54,037 nucleotides of DNA from a virus. Taxonomy: Duplodnaviria; Caudoviricetes. Of this stretch, positions 17,332 to 26,609 are shown piece by piece; position 1 is the first letter of the stretch, and each line of letters begins with the position of its first letter. The notes beneath the pieces were generated by a model, which saw only the letters and a list, made by a program, of their open reading frames with translations, was not told where the DNA came from and did no database searches. The DNA lies in the IMG/VR virus record IMGVR_UViG_3300023297_000011, positions 1 through 54,037 of that record. The stretch is one strand, 5' to 3'. A program made the position numbers and the translations under genes.

Positions 17332-18669
17332 ATGGCTAATTGGTCATTTAGGAGTTTATTTACAAAGTCTGGTATAAATTTGAGTAAGCAGGGGTCTATG
17401 TCTGCTCAACTCTTAGTTGATAAGCCAGCATGGTTAAAGCTATCCAACGCAGCCGATCTAAGGGAAGCAGTGGAGAGCAACCCTGTACTATACGGTACGA
17501 CAATGATTATCTCACAGTCTGCTGCTAACGGTAAGAAGTACCTAGTAGACAACAAGGGCAACGAGGTATCGTGGGATTCAAACAAGGCGGCAGTTAAGGC
17601 AGCACGTCAATTATTCGTTGACAATCCAAATCCAATACAATCACAGTCAGAATACACGGCAGAACGCTATTATATGCTGCCTACATTTGGAAATAATTAT
17701 GTTCAGATGTTAAACGGGTCCAGTTTTGACACAGATATTCTCACCACTAAAACGTTAATGAATCTTAATAGTGAGTTTGTTGAACCAAAACAAACAGGAA
17801 AGATATTCGACCAGATAAGTTTGGAGGGTATTGTATCTGAATATGCGCTCACTAATTATAATCCCGTTAAAATATTCGAAACAAGAAACATAATTCATTT
17901 TAATGAGTTAAATGTGTCCGGTGTTGGTAATTCAATAATGGGTACATCGAGACACACATCATTATCCCTGCCAATTGAAAACGTTCAGAAGGACTTTGAA
18001 GCAATGAACGTTATCCTGAAGTCAAAGGGCATGCAGGGTATAATAAAGACCAGCTCAAAAGATGGGATGGGTACACAAACGCCTGTTAAGCCCGCAATAA
18101 AGAACGAAATAGATACAAAGTTTGCCAACGAATATGGATTACTAAGTGGGCAAAAGCAATTTTTAATAGTAAATGCAGATATTGAATTTATAAAAACCAT
18201 ACTTAATCCTGAAGAAATGGGTATTTATAAAGATATGGTTGCAAACGCAATGATAATTTGTAATGTCGTTGGTGTTCCATATGATTTATTTAAGCTAAAT
18301 GCAGAAGGAACTACTTTCGAAAATCAAATTCAGGCAGAAAGAAGGATGTATCAGAGTCGTATAATTCCGATGGTCAATAATGATGACCAAATATATACAC
18401 AAAGATTAAAACTAAGGAACTACGGGCTAGAATTAAGAACATCATTCGATCATATTGCGTGCCTACAGGAAAATTTCAAAGAAGAGGCTATGGCTCTCAA
18501 TATGAATGTTAGGAGTGCAGAGGCTTCATATAATAATAATATCATTACATGGAATGAGTATCTGGGCATAATGGATAAAGACCCTGTTTCTGGTGGTGAT
18601 ATTTACAAATACGAAAGGGATAAATCAATAAATCCAAAACAAGATGAAAACACAGAAGAAGTTAACTAA
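17332..18669 (+). CDS. portal protein
   Basis: Follows terL; FGNNY, IIHF, G.SR..L, GVPYDL..TFENQ pattern of HK97-type portals. Confidence 0.85.
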   Translation: MANWSFRSLFTKSGINLSKQGSMSAQLLVDKPAWLKLSNAADLREAVESNPVLYGTTMIISQSAANGKKYLVDNKGNEVSWDSNKAAVKAARQLFVDNPNPIQSQSEYTAERYYMLPTFGNNYVQMLNGSSFDTDILTTKTLMNLNSEFVEPKQTGKIFDQISLEGIVSEYALTNYNPVKIFETRNIIHFNELNVSGVGNSIMGTSRHTSLSLPIENVQKDFEAMNVILKSKGMQGIIKTSSKDGMGTQTPVKPAIKNEIDTKFANEYGLLSGQKQFLIVNADIEFIKTILNPEEMGIYKDMVANAMIICNVVGVPYDLFKLNAEGTTFENQIQAERRMYQSRIIPMVNNDDQIYTQRLKLRNYGLELRTSFDHIACLQENFKEEAMALNMNVRSAEASYNNNIITWNEYLGIMDKDPVSGGDIYKYERDKSINPKQDENTEEVN

Positions 18670-18739
18670 GGAAGAAATTAAGAAGTTTAGAAAGTTTAAG
18701 CAAAAACAATTTGATAATAAGGAATTGATTAAAAAGTAG
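18644..18739 (+). CDS. 31-aa basic peptide (not in ORF track)
   Basis: MKTQKKLTKEEIKKFRKFKQKQFDNKELIKK* fills the gap between portal and the next ORF. Confidence 0.45.
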   Translation: MKTQKKLTKEEIKKFRKFKQKQFDNKELIKK

Positions 18740-18743
18740 GGTT

Positions 18744-19004
18744 ATGAATTTAGGAATAATTAATATATCAGATACGTTGATGCACCAGCTTCGATTGAAC
18801 AAAGATATTGATATGTTCAGGGTATTGTATTATGAGTTTTTTCCATGTGCAATTAATTACAATCAATTCGATAGGATGTATGAGGTTTTGGGATATTGTA
18901 ATGAATTTAAATCAGTAATAGAAGGAGAGGTTTATCCAGTATATGAAGCAGTATTTACTGAAAAGGATGGAATAGTTACGGTTAAATTTAAAATGATATT
19001 ATAA
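18744..19004 (+). CDS. hypothetical protein
   Basis: ORF coupled (TAATG) to next gene. Confidence 0.6.
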   Translation: MNLGIINISDTLMHQLRLNKDIDMFRVLYYEFFPCAINYNQFDRMYEVLGYCNEFKSVIEGEVYPVYEAVFTEKDGIVTVKFKMIL

Positions 19005-19825
19005 TGGAATATATTATAAAACAGTTTCCAGATAAAAAATTCAGTACAAAAATGGATCAAACACGATTCATTAAGGAGAATTTTGATACCATGAAGCAAA
19101 TCAAAATGACTGAATACAAGACGAATTCGCATGGTATAATTGAATCTATTAACAAAAAAGAATTTGAACCCGAAATTGAAGACATAACTTCTGATATTAT
19201 TTTAGTTAAGGCTGTTATTAATTCAACTAACATTATAGATAGCCATTTAGATTTACATATGGCTAAAATATGGAATAAGACAATAAAAGATAATCCATTT
19301 TCATATCACTTAAAACAACATGAAGCAAAGTTTGAGAGCGTAATATCAAACAAAGCAAAAAGCTATAACGAGAAGTCGAATTTTAACAAATTGGGCTTAG
19401 ATATTGACTTTGAAACAGTCGCAAATATAAATGAGTTTACATTATCAAAAGATAAAATGCCATTTATGTTTGATTCATACGTTAACGGAGATGTTACTCA
19501 GCATTCAGTAGGTATGATGTATGTTAATATAGACATGGCTTATTATGATGAAGATAGTGAAAAACAAATGGACTTCTTTAATGAAATGAAAGCCAATGCA
19601 GTTAATCCAGATGTGGCAGATGAATATGGTTATTTTTGGGTAGTATATGAAGCGAAAAAAAGAGAGGGTAGTGCTGTTGTATTTGGAAGCAATAGTGTAA
19701 CGCCAACATTGTATGTTAAAAATTATGAGCCGCCCAAAAGCACTCAGAAAGCAATAGAGCCGTCAGAGGACACTCAAAAACGTGAAATTTATATTAATTA
19801 TTTAAAAAATTTTAAAAATGGATAA
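19004..19825 (+). CDS. putative prohead protease
   Basis: Between portal and capsid; IDSHLDLH..H..QHSVGM..EGSAVVFGSN..TP. Confidence 0.65.
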   Translation: MEYIIKQFPDKKFSTKMDQTRFIKENFDTMKQIKMTEYKTNSHGIIESINKKEFEPEIEDITSDIILVKAVINSTNIIDSHLDLHMAKIWNKTIKDNPFSYHLKQHEAKFESVISNKAKSYNEKSNFNKLGLDIDFETVANINEFTLSKDKMPFMFDSYVNGDVTQHSVGMMYVNIDMAYYDEDSEKQMDFFNEMKANAVNPDVADEYGYFWVVYEAKKREGSAVVFGSNSVTPTLYVKNYEPPKSTQKAIEPSEDTQKREIYINYLKNFKNG

Positions 19826-21230
19826 AATTTGGATGAAAGACGGCAAATTTACAGAATTGTCCGAAGATCAAATTAAAGGTCTTACAAACGAACAATTACC
19901 TGTTTACATGGCCGATCAAACAAAAAGCGAATTGAAAGCGATTGAAACCCGTATCACTAAGCTTGTGCATGACTCAGAAAAAGGTGTATCACAAAAAACA
20001 CTTGAAAATGAAGTCGCTGGTATTAATAAAGCTATTGCCGATAAGCTCGACAATGCAGGTATGGCTACACTCAAAGAAAGTGTAGATAAATTAGTTGTTG
20101 CTGCTTCTGATAATGCAACGGCAATTAAGGCATTAAACGAAAAAGGTGTTGCTCAAAAATCAGACGCCCCTAAAACATTCCGTAAGGCTATAGAAGATGC
20201 CATTATGGAAAAGAAAGATATATTAACCGAGAAAAATGACGACAACGGTAAACGTTTATCGTTAAAAGACTACTTTACAGAGAAGGGAAATAAAAGTACA
20301 CCTATTTTTACAACAAAAGCAGTTGATTTTCTTGAAAGTAATATAGTACAAAGTGAAGTTAGTTTAGTTAGACTAACAGAACTTGATCCAAACAGGGTTA
20401 GTATTCCTTTGACAATTTATCCACATGTAATGGAATGGATGCCATCAAAAGGTATTACACGCCCCTACATGTCTGTATTGGTTGTTTATGATTACACCGA
20501 TGGTGCAGGAACTAAAACAGAAGGATCAGCTCCTGGTCAATCAAGTTTCTTACTTAAGACTGTTGAATTTAAGGCATTTTACATTGCTACTTACGGAACT
20601 TTATCTGATGAAACACTAGACGACCTTCCAGAGGTATTAGATGAAATATCAATTGTTTTCCCCGATAAGATTTTGGATAACATTGATGGTCAGATTTTAG
20701 GTACCGCTGGTGATGATTCAAGTGCATTGGCTGGTTTGTTTACAGCAAACAAACATACTGATTATAGTGGTGCTTCATATGCCGCTTCGATTAAGGGTGC
20801 TAATATGATTGACCTTATCGGAACAATGGTACAGCAAGCCGAAACAAACAAATATCCGCCTGATGCTATTATAATGAATCCAGCAGAAATAAAAATTCTC
20901 ATGGAATTAAAGGATTTATTGAATAATTCAATAAGTGACCGTAGAATTTCATTTGATACATTTGGACGTCCAGTATTTGTGCAAGGGTTAAGGATTTTTA
21001 AATCAACCGCAATTACCGCTAATACAATGGCAGTTGTTGATTCTAAACAATTAATAATTGGTAAGCGAAAAGAGATGACAATGGAAATTGCCTATAATGG
21101 AACTGATTTAACAGAAGGACAGAAAACAGTTGTTGTTAAAGTCCGTGTTGCTTTTGCTGTAAGGGATAAAGCGGGTGTTATTTATTCAGATGACGTGGAT
21201 ACAGACTGGAACGCTTTAGTTGCTGTATAA
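19818..21230 (+). CDS. major capsid protein (HK97 fold) with N-terminal scaffold/delta domain
   Basis: EG..P.S..VEFK..IATY..LSDETLDD..ILG..G..L.GL; IIMNP; GLRI. Confidence 0.9.
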   Translation: MDKIWMKDGKFTELSEDQIKGLTNEQLPVYMADQTKSELKAIETRITKLVHDSEKGVSQKTLENEVAGINKAIADKLDNAGMATLKESVDKLVVAASDNATAIKALNEKGVAQKSDAPKTFRKAIEDAIMEKKDILTEKNDDNGKRLSLKDYFTEKGNKSTPIFTTKAVDFLESNIVQSEVSLVRLTELDPNRVSIPLTIYPHVMEWMPSKGITRPYMSVLVVYDYTDGAGTKTEGSAPGQSSFLLKTVEFKAFYIATYGTLSDETLDDLPEVLDEISIVFPDKILDNIDGQILGTAGDDSSALAGLFTANKHTDYSGASYAASIKGANMIDLIGTMVQQAETNKYPPDAIIMNPAEIKILMELKDLLNNSISDRRISFDTFGRPVFVQGLRIFKSTAITANTMAVVDSKQLIIGKRKEMTMEIAYNGTDLTEGQKTVVVKVRVAFAVRDKAGVIYSDDVDTDWNALVAV

Positions 21231-22720
21231 TGAAGAGGTATATATTATTATTCATATTGATTGTTGGAGCAATGATCAATATGGCCGCAGATAGAGATAA
21301 CCTTAGAATCAGTACGGGATATACAATGTTAACAAGACCATTGGTATTAGATGCAAGTGATACTATTAATGCGAGTGACACTATAATTTTTACTGTCACT
21401 AATTTACAAAAGTATTCACAAACGCAAGTCGTTACCGTTGGGTTGACTGATGTTTCTGGTACTCCAGATGTAGAGGTATCTTTTTATGGTAGAGTGACAG
21501 CCACAAGTGATTGGACAGAAATTGGAACAGCTATTGACTGGACAACTACCGCTAATGATGGTAGTATTACGGCAACAACTCCGATTAACTACAATTACTT
21601 AAAGGTTGAATTTATCGCAACCGGTACTACTCAACAAACGAAGATAACAACCTTTGAGGTAAAAACTGCCAATGCTTATGATATTCCTGCAAATTCAGGA
21701 ACATTAACTATTGCAAGGAAAACGGCTGGTGCTGTTACTATCACATCAAAAGACAATGATGCAAATGCAGCCACTACTTATAGGGCAGGAGGAACAGGAG
21801 CATTAACTATTGGTGCAGGCACAGGAACAACCGCAATTACATCTAGCGATTGGGCAATTGACGCAACTGGTGCAATGACAGGAATTGGAGCTATTACGGC
21901 TGATGGACTTGTTACTGCTGATAAATTTAAATTCGAACATGTAACTAGTACTGATGTGACTGCATTACCAGCATATTTTACTGAAACATTAAGTGGCACA
22001 TTTGGGGCCGCTGGCCCCGGATATGGCATGACTGTTTATTCAAAAATCGTAGGTGCAAATTTAACTGCTTCTGATTCTTATGAGGCGGCAATTACTGGAG
22101 TATATGCGATTACTGGCACAAATGCAAGCACATATCCAAAGGCTAGTGTATTAGGATGGATCTTAGATAATACAACTACTGCCGATGGTGCCTTTGTGGC
22201 TTTAATTGATGGAGATACACAGGTAACACAGGCTGGTGCCGCCTATGCGGTTAGGCATCTGAATAGCACTCCTACAAGTGGATTCGGTTATGGACTGGAT
22301 TTATATGGTGCTGCAATCGGAGCCTATGATGCTGTTTCATATAGGACTGCTGATATTCGTTTAGTAAATCAGGAAACAATTACTAATGAAACTGATGGAT
22401 ATATAAGTATGGGGACAGCAAATGTTACTGCTGCTACATATAACTTTGTAACGGCTGCTCAATTAACCGAGACAGTAACTGATTCACTTGTTATTGTTAA
22501 TGCTTCAATCCCAGCCCTAGTTGCAGGATTAGAATTAACATTTGTAGCTGAAGCTACCGTAGCTGGCGCCACAACACTTACATTAAATGGTGTTGTTAAG
22601 GCAGTTTTTGAGGCTTCTGATATTTCTGAATTAGATTCAGCAGATATTAGAGATACGCAAGTTGTAAGAGTTGTTTATGATGGTACACAATGGCAACAAA
22701 TATCTCAATCTGGTAACTAA
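21230..22720 (+). CDS. T/A/G-rich structural (head decoration/fibre-like) protein with signal peptide-like N-terminus
   Basis: Translationally coupled to the capsid gene; beta-rich composition; MKRYILLFILIVGAMINMAA. Confidence 0.6.
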   Translation: MKRYILLFILIVGAMINMAADRDNLRISTGYTMLTRPLVLDASDTINASDTIIFTVTNLQKYSQTQVVTVGLTDVSGTPDVEVSFYGRVTATSDWTEIGTAIDWTTTANDGSITATTPINYNYLKVEFIATGTTQQTKITTFEVKTANAYDIPANSGTLTIARKTAGAVTITSKDNDANAATTYRAGGTGALTIGAGTGTTAITSSDWAIDATGAMTGIGAITADGLVTADKFKFEHVTSTDVTALPAYFTETLSGTFGAAGPGYGMTVYSKIVGANLTASDSYEAAITGVYAITGTNASTYPKASVLGWILDNTTTADGAFVALIDGDTQVTQAGAAYAVRHLNSTPTSGFGYGLDLYGAAIGAYDAVSYRTADIRLVNQETITNETDGYISMGTANVTAATYNFVTAAQLTETVTDSLVIVNASIPALVAGLELTFVAEATVAGATTLTLNGVVKAVFEASDISELDSADIRDTQVVRVVYDGTQWQQISQSGN

Positions 22721-22962
22721 TGGGAGCAATTATAACAAGAACAGGGGTTAATGTTTCAGGGGAACAAGCAAAGGTTTGTGTTAATATTGGTATTGCTAAA
22801 TGGGAACAAGACATTGAAGAGATACTAGTTTTAACAGCAAAGAAAATCGCCGAAAGGATTAATACTTGTAAAACTGTTGAAGAATTGCAAGTATATAAAT
22901 CAGATAAAAGGCAAGTAGCCAAATTGGCTTATGGTAAAAAGTTAAAAGAACTTAAACAATGA
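22720..22962 (+). CDS. hypothetical head-module protein
   Basis: Coupled ORF. Confidence 0.6.
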   Translation: MGAIITRTGVNVSGEQAKVCVNIGIAKWEQDIEEILVLTAKKIAERINTCKTVEELQVYKSDKRQVAKLAYGKKLKELKQ

Positions 22963-23534
22963 GTTTAATTGATTCAACATATTTTATAGGTCGAATAGCT
23001 TTACCAATAAAGAAGTATGATTTGATTGCCGATTATATTACACGGTATGAGAATCAGATTATTTATAAGCTATTTGGATACACATTAGGAAATCTTATAA
23101 TCGCTTATAATATTTCAACATCTCCACAGAGGATTAAGGACATTGTGGAGGGCAAGGAATATACAATTACTGATTATTCTGGTGTTTATATGCCAACGTT
23201 TGGCGATGTAACTATAAAATGGAATGGATTAAAAAACACTCAGCTAGTTTCTTTAATTGCATATTGGGTATTCTATAACTATTGTTTAGAAAATCAAACA
23301 AACATAACAGCAGCCGGAGGCATTGTGCCTCAAGTTGAAGATGCTATTAATGTTGGATTTGCTGAAAAAGCAGTATTTGCATATAGAGAATTGACACTGT
23401 TATATGGTTATCGAGGACAATTATCAATAGAACCTAGTTGCTTTAATTTTATGTATGAGAATTATGAGACTTATCCAGAATGGATATTTGAAAGTATTGG
23501 AGTACCAGGCGATGTTAATATTTTTGGGATATGA
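22959..23534 (+). CDS. putative head-tail adaptor
   Basis: Position; LIDSTYF..YE..LFG.L..KWNGL..SLIAY.VFY. Confidence 0.55.
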   Translation: MSLIDSTYFIGRIALPIKKYDLIADYITRYENQIIYKLFGYTLGNLIIAYNISTSPQRIKDIVEGKEYTITDYSGVYMPTFGDVTIKWNGLKNTQLVSLIAYWVFYNYCLENQTNITAAGGIVPQVEDAINVGFAEKAVFAYRELTLLYGYRGQLSIEPSCFNFMYENYETYPEWIFESIGVPGDVNIFGI

Positions 23535-24046
23535 CAGTAGCAAATAAAAGGATATTTACGGATGTGTTTGGGGACATTATCACAAATGTTCGTGCGGAAT
23601 ATGATATAGTGAATACTCCGAAAGCTACGCCGTATTATTTATTTGGTCAATCATTAGCTATTAAGAATGAGATTATTGAAAAAAAAATAACAGATCGTTA
23701 TCCTTTAATAATTTTAGGAATTGATAGTGATTATATTGAAAGGGATATTAACAGAAGGCAGTATGAGGTATCTTTTAATTGCTGGATAGTTGATGAAACA
23801 AAAAAAGAATGGTACACATCGGATCGGTTTGAACAGGTTTATGCGACAATTTTATTTCCAATTTATAAACTACTAAAGGAGAAAATCGAAACTTCTGAGT
23901 ATGTTGATGATTTTGGAATACAGGATTTTCAACCCGAAGTGAGGCTTTTCCCTTACTGGGGTAGTTCTAATGAACAGGTTTTATCCGATCCGTTGGATGC
24001 TTTAGGAATTAAAATAAATAATTTATTAATAAAAAACAATTGTTAA
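23531..24046 (+). CDS. putative tail terminator/completion protein
   Basis: Position before major tail gene; YPLIIL motif. Confidence 0.5.
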   Translation: MTVANKRIFTDVFGDIITNVRAEYDIVNTPKATPYYLFGQSLAIKNEIIEKKITDRYPLIILGIDSDYIERDINRRQYEVSFNCWIVDETKKEWYTSDRFEQVYATILFPIYKLLKEKIETSEYVDDFGIQDFQPEVRLFPYWGSSNEQVLSDPLDALGIKINNLLIKNNC

Positions 24047-24047
24047 A

Positions 24048-24965
24048 ATGAGTTGTAAACCGAAATATTACGTAGGAGCTGGAGGATGCAAGGCACTTCC
24101 TGACTCTATAGAAGGGTTGCTGTTGCTCGATAAGGGGCATGCGACATTAACAAAAGTAAATGCAAAATTAAACACAGGGCTTACGGGGCTTAAATTACTT
24201 GTCGCCCCTGCTACTGTAGGAGCTATTGAGGGTTGTGTTTTGGATTGCCGAAATGGTGTTGAGCCAAGCGGTGGTGAGAATGAAATAACACAATCTAATC
24301 TTAATTATCCAAAACTAACAAATGTTTCGGCTATAGTTTTAGATGTGTATGCCGATATGAGTTGGAACGACTATGTCAATTATTTCGCTTTTGCAGATCA
24401 AACTATGGAAATAGGATTAATTGATGCAAAAGGTAATTTAACAGGCACAAATGCAAGTGCATTAAATTTTACCGGATTTAGGGGTAAATTATACCTTGAT
24501 AAAAAGATAGCTCCAATTGGTGCGGATAAGATTAAATCGTATCATTTTCAAGTTATTTTCACAGACATGGAACAATTTGGGTCTAATACTGAAATACTTA
24601 CAACTTCTTACGGGGTTGCAGAGGTACTTGAAGATATTAACCCAGTCGGGGTTGACATTTCTGTTAAAACTGCAACTTCTGTTGCTGGATTAACAGTTGT
24701 TAAAGCGGTGTTAAGAAATACAACTACACCATATGCTGGATTTACAACTGCTGATGAATGGAATGTATTAAGTGCAGAAGAAGATGTTGGTGTTACCGTT
24801 GTTGTAACAAGTTTCGCAAATGCTGCTTTAGGTGAATATAGTTTAACCTTGGCAGATGGTGCCGCTGCTGTATGTGGAGGCGATGTTATTATTCAAGGAT
24901 CAAAAGTATCAACTACTATGACGTATTTGTCTCAGCCATTAACCATACCACATTACTCTGCATAA
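24048..24965 (+). CDS. putative major tail (tube) protein
   Basis: Position, size, beta-rich with Ig-like C-terminus. Confidence 0.55.
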   Translation: MSCKPKYYVGAGGCKALPDSIEGLLLLDKGHATLTKVNAKLNTGLTGLKLLVAPATVGAIEGCVLDCRNGVEPSGGENEITQSNLNYPKLTNVSAIVLDVYADMSWNDYVNYFAFADQTMEIGLIDAKGNLTGTNASALNFTGFRGKLYLDKKIAPIGADKIKSYHFQVIFTDMEQFGSNTEILTTSYGVAEVLEDINPVGVDISVKTATSVAGLTVVKAVLRNTTTPYAGFTTADEWNVLSAEEDVGVTVVVTSFANAALGEYSLTLADGAAAVCGGDVIIQGSKVSTTMTYLSQPLTIPHYSA

Positions 24966-25144
24966 TGAGAGTTGAGGGAATGGATATACCTAAAAGTCTC
25001 GGGGAAAAAGACTTTAAGTGGTTTAAAAAGTTCTATAAAAATTTTATGGAAATTCATGTAACTACACCAGTTGAAGATGTGTATGTTATGTTGGGAGGCG
25101 TATTGCCAAAGAAAAAAGAACCGAAAGGGAAAAATCCTGAATAA
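24965..25144 (+). CDS. 59-aa hypothetical protein (start MRVEGMD)
   Basis: TAATG coupling to the tail gene. Confidence 0.55.
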   Translation: MRVEGMDIPKSLGEKDFKWFKKFYKNFMEIHVTTPVEDVYVMLGGVLPKKKEPKGKNPE

Positions 25145-25146
25145 AC

Positions 25147-25172
25147 AAAAGGGGTGGTTTTATGCCCCTTTT
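25147..25172 (+). terminator. terminator-like hairpin
   Basis: aaaaggggt/gcccctttt stem. Confidence 0.55.
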
Positions 25173-25187
25173 ATAAAAACTAAACAA

Positions 25188-25544
25188 ATGGATAATATTG
25201 TAGCACGAATTGAAAAAGACTTAATAACTGAAAGGTTTAAGTATTTAATGACAATGCCAAGTCCTTTGAGGTTACAATTAAAAAGAATAGAAGACAAAGT
25301 GTTCAAGTTATGGAAACTGGACACTGTTTATGTAGGGCAAATAAGGATTGATTGCTTCGATGCTTGTGCTAATAGCAGGTTAACACTTAATCAGTTGGAG
25401 GATGTTATTTTAAAGGAAGGCGAGAAATTAACTAAATACCCTTTCGATAAGGCATTGAAAAAGATAGTTAGATCAGCAAATAGGGCTAACAGAAAATCAG
25501 CATTTAAAACAATTGGCAAATTAATTAATGGTAAGGCTTCATGA
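25188..25544 (+). CDS. hypothetical tail-module protein (start MDNIVAR)
   Basis: A-rich leader aaaactaaacaaATG. Confidence 0.6.
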   Translation: MDNIVARIEKDLITERFKYLMTMPSPLRLQLKRIEDKVFKLWKLDTVYVGQIRIDCFDACANSRLTLNQLEDVILKEGEKLTKYPFDKALKKIVRSANRANRKSAFKTIGKLINGKAS

Positions 25545-25965
25545 CATACGGATAAAATCAAATACTTTTGTGGCGAACATGAATGTTAATATCGCTTTAT
25601 CTATCCAGTCGGTAGAAAAAGAATTAGTTGACGAGAATAGAAAGCAAATGTTACAATCAAAAGATTCTGAATTTAATCCATTAATGCACGGAGGCACCGG
25701 AAGCGAACTATTAAGCCCGGCATATGCTAAAAGGACAAGGAAACGAACGCCAAATTTATATTTATCAGGTGATTTTCAAAAGGCAATGTTCCTGGATGTA
25801 AATGAGAATAATTTAACATGGTTTATAAACAGCGAAGACGACAAGGCAAATCAATTAGTAATCAATTACCGGAATATATTCGGGATTTACAATAAAGATT
25901 ACGCAAAGACAATAACGGGATTAGCATTTAGGCGAAGATATAGAAGATTAGTATTAGGAAAATGA
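25528..25965 (+). CDS. putative neck/tail completion protein
   Basis: NRKQM..Y..K..PNLYLSGDF..IFGI pattern. Confidence 0.55.
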   Translation: MVRLHDIRIKSNTFVANMNVNIALSIQSVEKELVDENRKQMLQSKDSEFNPLMHGGTGSELLSPAYAKRTRKRTPNLYLSGDFQKAMFLDVNENNLTWFINSEDDKANQLVINYRNIFGIYNKDYAKTITGLAFRRRYRRLVLGK

Positions 25966-26609
25966 TAAAAAAATACTGGGAAATAAAAATTAGGGAATAC
26001 AATATCATGGAAAAGACTGGTATTGTAAGTCAATTTCGTAAATGGTATAATCCTTTCCCGGTTAAATATTTCACAAAACAGATAGATAGGGAATTAAAAC
26101 TTTTAAGTGAAAAAATAAACTCAACATTTGGTGATAATGAAAAAATGAAATTTGAATCTTTATTATGGCAGGTTAAAAGTCTTAATTTAATAAATGCAAT
26201 AAGATCAAATATTCTAGGAATATCAAATATTTTAGGATTAGGGACAAAATTAAAAGTATTAACAGAAAATCATAAAAGGCGTTTAAAACGAAAATTAAAG
26301 TTTAAAAACACAAACCTTTCAACATATATTAAAAACATAAAAAAGCTAACTGGAATTGAAATAAAAGAATTAGTTGATATTGATTTAGCTAATGAATATT
26401 TACAATATAAAATTGACAAGTATAATGAAATGATGCATAAACAACAAAAAAATGATTCAGTTAAGAAAGTTTACTTGATGAATGTTGTTGTTAGCATATT
26501 CACATATCTAAATCAAACTGCAAATGTAGAATTAACAGTATTGGAGTTTATTGATTTTCGCAATAGTGCAGTTGAAAAAAGCAAAAAAGAAAAAGTAGAT
26601 AATGGCTGA
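25962..26609 (+). CDS. hypothetical protein (possible tail assembly chaperone)
   Basis: Immediately upstream of tape measure gene. Confidence 0.5.
   Translation: MIKKYWEIKIREYNIMEKTGIVSQFRKWYNPFPVKYFTKQIDRELKLLSEKINSTFGDNEKMKFESLLWQVKSLNLINAIRSNILGISNILGLGTKLKVLTENHKRRLKRKLKFKNTNLSTYIKNIKKLTGIEIKELVDIDLANEYLQYKIDKYNEMMHKQQKNDSVKKVYLMNVVVSIFTYLNQTANVELTVLEFIDFRNSAVEKSKKEKVDNG

Noticed and set aside
24965-25544. Programmed -1 frameshift for tail assembly chaperones
   Set aside because: The overlapping open frame is +1 relative to the upstream ORF, no in-phase XXXYYYZ site is evident, and a terminator-like hairpin plus a separate leader intervene
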